IMG/VR virus record: IMGVR_UViG_3300030519_000008
DNA length: 40,897 bases
Reading direction: 5' to 3' (one strand)
From: a virus
Below, piece by piece: positions 1 through 6,891 of the stretch. Both the position numbers and the translations under genes were made by a program. A model generated the notes under the pieces. That model had not been told where the DNA came from, did no database searches, and saw nothing but the letters and a program-made list of their open reading frames with translations. How positions within the stretch are numbered: position 1 is the stretch's first letter; each line of letters opens with the position of its first letter.

Positions 1-127
1 CCAGGCCCACCCCCACATTCAAAGAGCCCCACACCCGGGGCTCTTTCCACATCTACACTACCCTATGAAAATTCAGCAAACTTTCAACTAATCCTTCCCA
101 ACCGTCCCCCACCCCATTACGCTAAGC
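1..127. repeat. Terminal repeat copy 1, identical to 40771..40897. The window is a circularly closing complete genome.
   Basis: Read directly: 1-127 (ccaggcccac...cgctaagc) matches 40771-40897 base for base. The match is bounded only by the two window ends; the base before 40771 (c) has no counterpart. Confidence 0.95.
21..46. terminator. Hairpin between convergent genes (40332..40769 + and 196..843 -) once the window is circularised; probably a bidirectional terminator
   Basis: AAAGAGCCCC (21-30) pairs with GGGGCTCTTT (37-46); loop ACACCC. A-run on one side and T-run on the other. A second copy inside the terminal repeat lies at 40791-40816. Confidence 0.5.
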
Positions 128-195
128 GCACACCACTCTGCCAGCAACCAGGACACCGCGGCGTCATCCACCAAACTGAAAGCCACCCCATGGTC

Positions 196-843
196 CTACT
201 GCCTCATCCAGACAATGGGCGCCGCCGACGCCAGCCGGCCGCTCTCCACACCCTGCCCATCAAATCTCCCCAGGTTCCACACGCCCGGCTCGTAGCCCTT
301 GGCCACCCAGCGCAGCATCATTCCACCGCTCACCCGCGCATCGCCCAGCAGACGCACCACGCACAAACGCCCCACCGCCTCGGCTGGCACGCCCTGAGCC
401 GTGTCGAAGAAGAAAAGCCAGCCATCGCTCGCCCCACCGACGCCCCGCAGCGCCTGGAGGCCGCCACGGCCTCCCGTCGGCCCATCCACCAGGCGTGGCC
501 CAACCACATCACCGACGTGGCCCCGCCCCTCCGCGTCAATCCACCCCACCACTGGGACTCGGGCAGGGTCCGACGCCTTGACCACTTCCACGCCGGCGCG
601 GCACATGACCTCTTCCACCGTCACGCCGAACGCCTTGGCAAACATGGCCACATCATCCGCTTTCATGCCCTGCAGCCCGTTGGTCATCCGGCCAATCGCC
701 GAATAGTGCAGGCCGACACGCTCACCGAGTCCACGGGTGGTCAGGTGGTTGCGCCGCATCTGCAGCTTGAACCATTCCGAATCTAACCCGGCCAACATCT
801 TCAACTTCCCACTGTCTGAAACCGTCGCGCTATACTTTTTCAT
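196..843 (-). CDS. CI/LexA-like phage repressor: N-terminal XRE-type HTH plus C-terminal S24-peptidase-like domain
   Basis: ORF 196..951 trimmed to ATG 843, with AAGGAGG (849-855) 5 nt upstream. HTH-like LTTRGLGERVGLHYSAIGRMTNGLQ. C-terminal VPVVGWIDAEG...GRLCVVRL...MLRWVAKG...PIVWMRQ has the layout of LexA/CI cleavage domains. Divergent from a Cro-like gene. Confidence 0.8.
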   Translation of the reverse strand: MKKYSATVSDSGKLKMLAGLDSEWFKLQMRRNHLTTRGLGERVGLHYSAIGRMTNGLQGMKADDVAMFAKAFGVTVEEVMCRAGVEVVKASDPARVPVVGWIDAEGRGHVGDVVGPRLVDGPTGGRGGLQALRGVGGASDGWLFFFDTAQGVPAEAVGRLCVVRLLGDARVSGGMMLRWVAKGYEPGVWNLGRFDGQGVESGRLASAAPIVWMRQ

Positions 844-879
844 ACCAGCCTCCTTACAAGCCAACCAAGTGGCGCAACA

Positions 880-908
880 AAGATCGCACCTAGTTACGGT
901 CTGCGCAA
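880..908 (-). promoter_or_regulatory. Candidate weak leftward (repressor-maintenance type) promoter
   Basis: Minus strand: TTGCGC (908-903), 17 nt, GATCTT (885-880). The -35 coincides with the left half of the operator copy at 893-909. Confidence 0.3.
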
Positions 909-909
909 C
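893..909 (-). promoter_or_regulatory. Operator-like 17-mer GTTGCGCAGACCGTAAC (leftward copy)
   Basis: Reverse complement of gttacggtctgcgcaac at 893-909. Perfect match to GTTGCG-N5-CGTAAC. Points toward the repressor gene. Confidence 0.65.
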
Positions 910-959
910 AAAAATAAAAGCGAAACTTAAATTATTTTCACCCCAACGCATCTTATCTC

Positions 960-988
960 TTGACCTTCAGGTGCGCAGATCGTAACTT
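960..988 (+). promoter_or_regulatory. Rightward early promoter, sigma70-like
   Basis: TTGACC (960-965), 17 nt, TAACTT (983-988). The predicted start about 7 nt downstream falls on the ATG at 995. Confidence 0.55.
970..986 (+). promoter_or_regulatory. Operator-like 17-mer GGTGCGCAGATCGTAAC (rightward copy)
   Basis: One mismatch to GTTGCG-N5-CGTAAC. Its 16-nt core TGCGCAGATCGTAACT (972-987) matches the leftward core (892-907, minus strand) at 15/16 positions. Covers the spacer and -10 of the rightward promoter. Confidence 0.65.
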
Positions 989-994
989 GAGCCT

Positions 995-1273
995 ATGAGC
1001 GAACCAAACCCCAACCGAAAATCCGCATCACGTTGCGAAAACCCGGCCTTCAGCCAGGCCGCCAAGATCATCGCCCGGTTCGGTGGTGACTTGAAAATGG
1101 CAGCCGCCCTGGGCGCGCACCGTGTCACCGTCTACCGCTGGACGCACAGCCGGCCGTATGGGTCCGATGGGCTCATCCCGGGGCCAAGCGTCGAGCGTGT
1201 CCTTGAAGCTGCCGAGCGTTGCGGGATCACCCTCACCGCTGAGGACTGGCTGCCTGAACGCATCACCTACTAG
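995..1273 (+). CDS. Cro/YdaS-like small HTH DNA-binding protein
   Basis: 92 aa. MAAALGAHRVTVYRWTH...GLIPGPSVERVLEAA resembles Cro/YdaS-type HTH proteins. Divergent from the repressor. No Shine-Dalgarno sequence upstream. Confidence 0.7.
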   Translation: MSEPNPNRKSASRCENPAFSQAAKIIARFGGDLKMAAALGAHRVTVYRWTHSRPYGSDGLIPGPSVERVLEAAERCGITLTAEDWLPERITY

Positions 1274-1318
1274 CCCTTTCAACACGTCCCCCGGCACAGC
1301 CCGGATAAGGAGCCCCAC

Positions 1319-1945
1319 ATGAAACCTCATCTCCATCTGCTCACCAAACTGGGTGCTTGCCGCGAAGCACAAGCGTTCGCCGGGACCTGCCCTGACCTTG
1401 AAACCGCCTGGAACACCTGCGACCGGTCCGACTGGATGATCTGGCTGCTGCGCCGGCTGAAATACGACGACGCCAAGGTCTATCGGCTGTACTCGTGCTG
1501 GTGCGTGCGTAACACCCCATTGGCCAATGGCCGGATGGTGTGGGATCTGCTGACCGATCCGCGCAGCCGGAACGCCGTGGTGGTAGCGGAACGGTTTGCG
1601 GTGGGTGAAGCTACTGCTGACGAACTGCGCGAAGCACGCAACGCCGCCGACGCCGCCGCCGCCGCCACCTACGCCGACGCCACCACCTACGCCGCCGACG
1701 CCGCCGCCACCACCTACGCCGCCGACGCCGCCGCCACCGCCGCCGACGCCGACGCCACCGCCGCCACCTACGCCGACGCCGCCACCACCACCGCCGCCTA
1801 CGCCGACGCCGCCGCCACCTACGCCTACGCCTACGCCTACGCCTACGCCAAAGCCACCTACGCCTGGACGGCAGCCCGAAAGGCGCAGGCCCGGCAACTG
1901 CGTGAGATGGTTCCTTTCAACATTATCGCGGGGCTGATCAAGTGA
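1319..1945 (+). CDS. Early protein with a Cys/Trp-rich N-domain and an Ala/Asp/Thr/Tyr low-complexity array
   Basis: AAGGAG (1307-1312) lies 6 nt before ATG 1319. N-terminal ...GACREAQAF...AWNTCDRSDWMIWLLRRL.... About 75 aa are made almost only of A/D/T/Y and end in YAYAYAYAYA. C-terminal ARKAQARQLREMVPFN. Confidence 0.75.
   Translation: MKPHLHLLTKLGACREAQAFAGTCPDLETAWNTCDRSDWMIWLLRRLKYDDAKVYRLYSCWCVRNTPLANGRMVWDLLTDPRSRNAVVVAERFAVGEATADELREARNAADAAAAATYADATTYAADAAATTYAADAAATAADADATAATYADAATTTAAYADAAATYAYAYAYAYAKATYAWTAARKAQARQLREMVPFNIIAGLIK
1641..1866. repeat. Cryptic GC-rich simple-sequence tract built from GCC/GAC/ACC/TAC triplets
   Basis: Visible tandem variants of gccgccgacgccgccgccaccacctac. 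Several other reading frames stay open across it (spurious ORFs 1596..1937 + and 1028..1897 -). Confidence 0.9.
1820..1849. repeat. Perfect hexanucleotide microsatellite (TACGCC)x5
   Basis: tacgcc repeated five times at 1820-1849, in frame as (Tyr-Ala)5. Confidence 0.95.
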
Positions 1946-2460
1946 CCTACATTCTAGGCATTGACCCGGGCATGGGGGGCGCCCTGGCCATGTATGCCCC
2001 GAACAAGACTCCCATCGTGTGGGACATCCCCAAGTCCGTCGACTCAGGTATAGACCCCATCGCCCTGGCCGACCTGATTGCGCGCATCCATCTGACCTAC
2101 CCGGGCGTCACCGCGGTGGTTGAGCGTGTCTCCAGCATGCCCCGCCAGTCCGGCGCATTCGCCTTCGGGCTGAGCACCGGCATCATCCACGGCTGCCTGG
2201 CGTCGGCCGGCATCCCATTCGAGCTGGTCAGCCCAGCCGTCTGGAAGGCCAAGATGGGGCTGACCAAGTTCCCCACTGAAACCTACGCCCAGAACAAGAC
2301 CCGCGCCCGCGCCCTGGCATCCCAGCTGTTCCCAGCCTTGGCATCGCAGTTCAAACGGGTGAAGGATGATGGCCGGGCTGAAGCACTACTCATCGCTGTC
2401 TACTACGCGAACCGAAAGCAGGTTCGGATCCCATTCCGGGAGCTGGAACCAAAACCCTAA
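1942..2460 (+). CDS. RuvC-like Holliday junction resolvase
   Basis: GTG start overlaps the upstream stop (GTGA). ILGIDPGMGGA (catalytic Asp), AVVERVSS (Glu), DDGRAEALLIAVY (C-terminal acidic pair). Typical phage RuvC layout. Confidence 0.85.
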   Translation: MTYILGIDPGMGGALAMYAPNKTPIVWDIPKSVDSGIDPIALADLIARIHLTYPGVTAVVERVSSMPRQSGAFAFGLSTGIIHGCLASAGIPFELVSPAVWKAKMGLTKFPTETYAQNKTRARALASQLFPALASQFKRVKDDGRAEALLIAVYYANRKQVRIPFRELEPKP

Positions 2461-2567
2461 CAGTGACGCCGTTCCAAAGGCATCCGACGCGCCCGTGAAG
2501 TCCGGGCGTTTCGGCTGCCCGGACCAAGACCATCCGAGTTGAAAACGCCGACAACGCCACGTTCAAG

Positions 2568-2714
2568 GTGGTGGTGGAGGTGTGGGACAAGGGATACCCC
2601 GCTGGCGAGCCCGACACCCTGGTGCGGACCATCCCGCTCGACAACCCCTGCTCCATGACCCCGCCCGATCTCTACCTGACCAGCACCCGCTACCTCGTGG
2701 TCAAGGAAGTCTGA
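2568..2714 (+). CDS. Small hypothetical protein; start uncertain
   Basis: Frame with high third-position GC and a plausible beta-rich sequence (...VVVEVWDKGYPAGEPDTLVRTIPLDNPCSMTPPDLYLTSTRYLVVKEV). The first canonical start is GTG 2568, but the coding-like signal continues upstream to the stop at 2496-2498. Confidence 0.35.
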   Translation: MVVEVWDKGYPAGEPDTLVRTIPLDNPCSMTPPDLYLTSTRYLVVKEV

Positions 2715-2722
2715 TCCGTCCC

Positions 2723-2748
2723 CGGGCCGGGGCTTCGGTCCCGGCCCG
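2723..2748 (+). terminator. GC-rich intra-operon hairpin (attenuator or RNA-stability element); no T-tract
   Basis: CGGGCCGGG (2723-2731) pairs with CCCGGCCCG (2740-2748); 8-nt loop gcttcggt. Confidence 0.35.
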
Positions 2749-2775
2749 CACCTGTCCATCCTCTCGGAGCCTCCC

Positions 2776-2949
2776 ATGACCCTGAGCAACGACCTTTACC
2801 AAGCCCGGAAAGCGGGCGATGCCATCACCCGAGAGATGGAAGAAGCGGCGGAAGCACTGGAAGCCCGGATCACGGAACTGGAGGCGGAACTCGCCCGATA
2901 CACCACTCCGGCAATCCTGCCGGTCGATAACTCGCCCATCGCGGGCTGA
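2776..2949 (+). CDS. Small coiled-coil hypothetical protein, 57 aa (below the ORF-track cutoff)
   Basis: Hand translation: MTLSNDLYQARKAGDAITREMEEAAEALEARITELEAELARYTTPAILPVDNSPIAG. GGAG lies about 7 nt upstream. High GC3. Confidence 0.55.
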   Translation: MTLSNDLYQARKAGDAITREMEEAAEALEARITELEAELARYTTPAILPVDNSPIAG

Positions 2950-2968
2950 TGTCCAGGAGCCACCCTCA

Positions 2969-3112
2969 ATGATCAAGCGCGCCTTCCAGGCATGGATGCG
3001 AACGAAACTCGGCTGGTTCCTGCCAAAAACCCTGACCGTCTTCGAACGTCAGCTCAGCGAAGCCTATCGCGCTGGGTTCAAGGCCGGCCGGGCGCACAAG
3101 GTGAAACACTGA
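2969..3112 (+). CDS. Small basic hypothetical protein, 47 aa
   Basis: AGGAG (2955-2959) lies 9 nt before ATG 2969. MIKRAFQAWMRTKLGWFLPKTLTVFERQLSEAYRAGFKAGRAHKVKH. Its stop overlaps the SNF2 start (TGATG). Confidence 0.5.
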   Translation: MIKRAFQAWMRTKLGWFLPKTLTVFERQLSEAYRAGFKAGRAHKVKH

Positions 3113-4554
3113 TGCAAATTGAGACGCCCTATCCTTACCAGCTGACCGGAGCCGACTACCTGGCCGCCCATCCGCAGGCCTTCCTTGCCGACGACATGGG
3201 CCTTGGGAAGTCGTGTCAGGCGGTGGTTGCGTCCGACCTGATTGGCGCCGACCGGATCCTGGTGCTATGCCCGGGCAGCGTGCGGGTCAACTGGGAAAGG
3301 GAGTTCCAGAAGTTCAGCCCGATGGACCGGCCCTGCCGGGTGCTGATGACCGGAGGGGATGAAGTGCCAACCACAGGCGTGGTCATCTGCAGCTATGATC
3401 TGCTGGTGGCGCCCACGTCCGGCAAAGCGGAGAAGCGGGCGAAGAAGGCGCCGGAAGACCAAGCCTTAAAAGCCAAGGCCAAGGCCGCGCGCCAGCTCAA
3501 AGCGAAGCGTCAGGCCTTCCTCCACGCCATCCAGGCTACCCGGTGGGACGTCCTGGTGCTCGATGAAGCCCAATACCTGAAGGACAGGGGCGCCGGCCGC
3601 ACCACCGCGGTCTTTGGCCGCAACATCAACGACCTGGGCATCGCTGGCAACGTCGATCGCATCTGGCGCCTATCCGGCACCCCAGCCCCCAACAACGTCA
3701 GCGAACTCTGGATCCACCTGCGCAGCGCCGGCATCATCACGATGGGCTACTATGACTTCGTGGCGCGCTACTGCGTCTGCATCGAAGGGAAGTTCGACGT
3801 CAAGATCGTCGGGGTCAAGAACGCCGATGAACTGAAGGGGCTGCTGGCTCAGTTCATGCTGCGCCGGATGAAGGCCGACGTCCAAGCCGACCTGCCGCCC
3901 ATCCGCTTCGAGGAAGTGGTTGTCGAGGCGAGCCCGGTGCTGCTGGACGCATCCTGGGGCCCGGGCGCCGCGGACGAAATCCGGGTGGGCGAGCAGACGC
4001 TGTCCCAAGCCTTGGCCGCCATTGCGCCTGACGCCGCCCTGGGGCTGCTGAAGACCGAGGGGGTGGCGATGGCCACGCTCAGGCGCTACACCGGCCTGGC
4101 GAAGCTCCCAGGCATCCTGGCGATCATCAAGGAAGAGCTGGAGTCGGGCGCCCTGGATAAGATCGTCCTGTTCGGGATCCACCAGGCGGTGATCGAGCAA
4201 ACCCAGAAGGCCCTGGCCAATTTCGGCGCCGTCTCCGTCTACGGTAAGACGCCCGGGCCCCAGCGCCAGGCCAACATCGACCGGTTCAGCAAGGACCCAT
4301 CTTGCCGGGTCATCGTCGGAAATATCACGGCCGCCGGCGTGGGCGTCAACGGCATGCAGGACAGCTGCAGCGAGGTGGGCCTGCTGGAGTCCAGCTGGGT
4401 TCCCAGCGACAACGCCCAGGCCGTCGCCCGCGTGCATCGCAACGGCCAGTCAAAGTCAGTCAGAGTGCGGGTATTCAGCCTGCACAACTCCAGCGATGAG
4501 CCGGTGAACGCCGCACTCATCCGCAAGATCCGCGAGCTTGCGAAAATATTTTAA
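3112..4554 (+). CDS. SNF2/Rad54-family helicase (ATPase)
   Basis: ORF 2992..4554 trimmed to ATG 3112. DDMGLGKSCQ (motif I), LVLDEAQYLKD (motif II), LSGTPAPNN (motif III), GNITAAGVGVNG and QAVARVHRNGQ (motifs V and VI). Confidence 0.9.
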   Translation: MQIETPYPYQLTGADYLAAHPQAFLADDMGLGKSCQAVVASDLIGADRILVLCPGSVRVNWEREFQKFSPMDRPCRVLMTGGDEVPTTGVVICSYDLLVAPTSGKAEKRAKKAPEDQALKAKAKAARQLKAKRQAFLHAIQATRWDVLVLDEAQYLKDRGAGRTTAVFGRNINDLGIAGNVDRIWRLSGTPAPNNVSELWIHLRSAGIITMGYYDFVARYCVCIEGKFDVKIVGVKNADELKGLLAQFMLRRMKADVQADLPPIRFEEVVVEASPVLLDASWGPGAADEIRVGEQTLSQALAAIAPDAALGLLKTEGVAMATLRRYTGLAKLPGILAIIKEELESGALDKIVLFGIHQAVIEQTQKALANFGAVSVYGKTPGPQRQANIDRFSKDPSCRVIVGNITAAGVGVNGMQDSCSEVGLLESSWVPSDNAQAVARVHRNGQSKSVRVRVFSLHNSSDEPVNAALIRKIRELAKIF

Positions 4555-4561
4555 AATTTCT

Positions 4562-4591
4562 GTTGCGAATGCCGTAACGGGGACCTAATCT
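4562..4591 (+). promoter_or_regulatory. Internal promoter with an overlapping operator-like 17-mer
   Basis: GTTGCGAATGCCGTAAC at 4562-4578 is a perfect motif match. TTGCGA (4563-4568), 17 nt, TAATCT (4586-4591). Confidence 0.55.
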
Positions 4592-4620
4592 TTCAACACA
4601 CCCACCAAGGAGGACCACCA

Positions 4621-5412
4621 GTGATCAACGTTTCCTTCAACCTGTCCGAAGTGCGCCCCAAGGAAGCCAGGGCCCTTTCCGCGATGCTCGCGGTGATCGT
4701 CGGCGCGCCGGAACTCAATCTCGACGCGCAGCTCGGCGATCTGCTCCCCAATGACCTGGCCCGGGTCTCCGCGGTGTTCAAGTCGAACATCAATGCCAGC
4801 CTGGTACCGAACGCCCGGGAGAAGAGCGCCTGCGCCGACGACTGCGTGCATCCGGATCACCATCACCTAAGTTTGCCCGAAGGTCCGGTCCAGCCCGAGT
4901 GCCCGCTGTTCGCCGGCTGCCCGGAAACGCCCCAGACTGGGCGCCCTGAGCCCGCAGTGGCGTCGCAGGCGACCGAGCCTGTCATTGCCCAGCCCGAACC
5001 CGCCGCGGCTCCTGAGCCCGTCCAGCGCCACGTCCCGGCCGACGCCATGCAGCCCGTCAAGCGCAAGCGCCGGACCAAGGAGCAGATGGAGGCCGACGAG
5101 CTGGCGGACCAGGCCATCACGAAGAACCCTGACGACAAGCTGAACGTGGTGCCCGCGGACCCTATCCAGGCCGGTCCCGTTTCGGCTCCCTCAACCGAGC
5201 CTGCCAAGACGCCCTCGATGAGTGCGCCCGCCGCTTCGCCCGAGCCCACCGGCGATGACCTCCGCGCCGCCCTTAAGGTATACGCCAAGGTCCATGGCAT
5301 GCCCAAGGCCATCGAGCTGATCAAGGACTTCGGCTGCGAGCGCATCAGCGAGCTGGAGACGAGGTCCATCACTGACCGGCTGGAGTTCATGAAGTTGGCC
5401 TCCAATGCCTGA
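4621..5412 (+). CDS. Hypothetical protein with a Pro/Glu/Ala-rich central linker
   Basis: GTG 4621 with AAGGAGG (4607-4613) 7 nt upstream. 263 aa. I recognise no motif. Confidence 0.7.
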   Translation: MINVSFNLSEVRPKEARALSAMLAVIVGAPELNLDAQLGDLLPNDLARVSAVFKSNINASLVPNAREKSACADDCVHPDHHHLSLPEGPVQPECPLFAGCPETPQTGRPEPAVASQATEPVIAQPEPAAAPEPVQRHVPADAMQPVKRKRRTKEQMEADELADQAITKNPDDKLNVVPADPIQAGPVSAPSTEPAKTPSMSAPAASPEPTGDDLRAALKVYAKVHGMPKAIELIKDFGCERISELETRSITDRLEFMKLASNA

Positions 5413-6604
5413 CGAACATTCGAAACTCTCCCCCTCCGCTGCTGAAAAGTGGTTCCATTGCCCGGGCGCGTTGTTCCTGTCCGAGGGGATGCCCCAGAAG
5501 ACCTCCAAATACGCCGACGAGGGCACTCTGGCCCACGCCCTGGGCGAGCACATCCTGACCGAAAACCCCAACGTCTTCACGGGCGCGGTCGATCTCAGCC
5601 AGGCGCAGCGCGATGAGATGCTCGCCAACGTTCGCATCTACACTGACTACGTCAACGAGCTGATGAAGCAGCCGGGGGCCATCCTCCACGTGGAGCAGCA
5701 GGTCAAGATCACCGAGAACTGCTGGGGCACATCGGACGCCACGGTGTGGGCTCCCAAGAGCGAAACGCTGTATATTAACGACTTAAAATATGGAGCTGGA
5801 ATCCCCATCAGCGTCCGCGGCAACCTGCAGCTCAAGCTCTACGGCCTGGGCGCCTTGCTGACCTGTGGCTACCCCGCCGACATCATCAACGTGGCGATCA
5901 TCCAGCCTCGGATCCAGCACGAAGATGGCTGCGTCCGCTCGGTAGACTACGACGCGGTCGACCTGATTGAGTTCCACGCCGACGTCCTGGCGGCCGAGAA
6001 GAAGGTGCTGGAAGCCAACCGTGACGGCGAATCGGACATGAAGACCTACGGCTACCTCACCAGGTTCTGGGAAGACACGTACCTGCACCCCACCGAAAAA
6101 GGCTGCCGGTTCTGCCTGGCCGCGCCAAAGTGCCCGAAGCTGCTCAAGGAGTCCAAGCAGCTGGCCAGCCAGGTTTTCGGGCCCACCCAGGCCTACAACC
6201 CGAAGGAATTGGCCGAGGTGCTGGACAAGCTCCCCCTGCTGGAAGGCTGGATCAAAAACGTCCGGGAATTCGCCTACAACGAAGCCGAGGCCGGGCGCGT
6301 TCCCCCCACTTACAAGCTGGTGGAGAAGCGCGCGACCCGGAAGTGGAAGGAAAACGTGATCGACATCTGCCTCATGGGCGTGCTGAAGATCACCGACGAA
6401 TCCCTGGTCTACAAGCCCAAGGAGCTGCTGCCGGTCGGTGACATCCTCAAGCTCTGCCCGGGGAAGAACGCTGACGAGCGAGCCAAGGTGCTGGAGCCCT
6501 TCACCGTGAAGGAAAGCTCGGGTCACACCCTTGTGCCCGATTCCGACAAACGCGAACCCGTTCGCCTTGACGCCAAGGCGACTTTCTCACAGGAGTTAAA
6601 GTGA
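5405..6604 (+). CDS. PD-(D/E)XK (Cas4/RecB-like) nuclease, DUF2800-type
   Basis: N-terminal LSPSAAEKWFHCPGA. Nuclease core SDATVW...INDLKYG (D...D-x-K). C-terminal Cys cluster GCRFCLAAPKCP. Sits upstream of the DUF2815/PolA genes, as in the known cassette. Confidence 0.8.
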   Translation: MPDEHSKLSPSAAEKWFHCPGALFLSEGMPQKTSKYADEGTLAHALGEHILTENPNVFTGAVDLSQAQRDEMLANVRIYTDYVNELMKQPGAILHVEQQVKITENCWGTSDATVWAPKSETLYINDLKYGAGIPISVRGNLQLKLYGLGALLTCGYPADIINVAIIQPRIQHEDGCVRSVDYDAVDLIEFHADVLAAEKKVLEANRDGESDMKTYGYLTRFWEDTYLHPTEKGCRFCLAAPKCPKLLKESKQLASQVFGPTQAYNPKELAEVLDKLPLLEGWIKNVREFAYNEAEAGRVPPTYKLVEKRATRKWKENVIDICLMGVLKITDESLVYKPKELLPVGDILKLCPGKNADERAKVLEPFTVKESSGHTLVPDSDKREPVRLDAKATFSQELK

Positions 6605-6825
6605 CCTTTGCCGTCACCATCGAAAACCTGAAGGCCCACGTGGTGGCCTTCATCCAGGCCGAGGGCATCGAACTGGAAGGCGGCGCCCATAAGTGCCTCG
6701 CCAAGTTCGCCGCCTTCGTGGAGGGCAAGCAGGCCGAGCAGGACGCCATCGATCTGCTGACCGCCCGCGGCTACACCATCAACCCGCCGCTGGTGATCCT
6801 GCCGGCGCCCCCGGCCCTTCCGTAA
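6601..6825 (+). CDS. Hypothetical protein, 74 aa
   Basis: GTG start overlaps the upstream stop. High GC3. No motif recognised. Confidence 0.55.
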   Translation: MTFAVTIENLKAHVVAFIQAEGIELEGGAHKCLAKFAAFVEGKQAEQDAIDLLTARGYTINPPLVILPAPPALP

Positions 6826-6843
6826 CAGTTCCGCTTCACCGCC

Positions 6844-6862
6844 GGTAGGCCGGCTGCCTACC
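6844..6862 (+). other. Short intergenic hairpin
   Basis: GGTAGGC (6844-6850) pairs with GCCTACC (6856-6862); loop cggct; followed by a T-rich stretch. Confidence 0.3.
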
Positions 6863-6891
6863 ATTCGCTCTCTTTCTGAAAGGGCCACGAC

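Noticed and set aside
190-786. Long antisense or out-of-frame ORFs throughout the track (for example 190..786 +, 1028..1897 -, 1596..1937 +, 3670..4437 -, 6523..7665 -, 8407..9384 -, 17124..18266 +, 20900..21730 +, 26247..28136 -, 35848..36999 +)
   Set aside because: They overlap genes with clear motifs on the other strand or frame, and their translations are Arg/Gly/Pro/His-rich filler. This is the expected consequence of rare stop codons in high-GC DNA.
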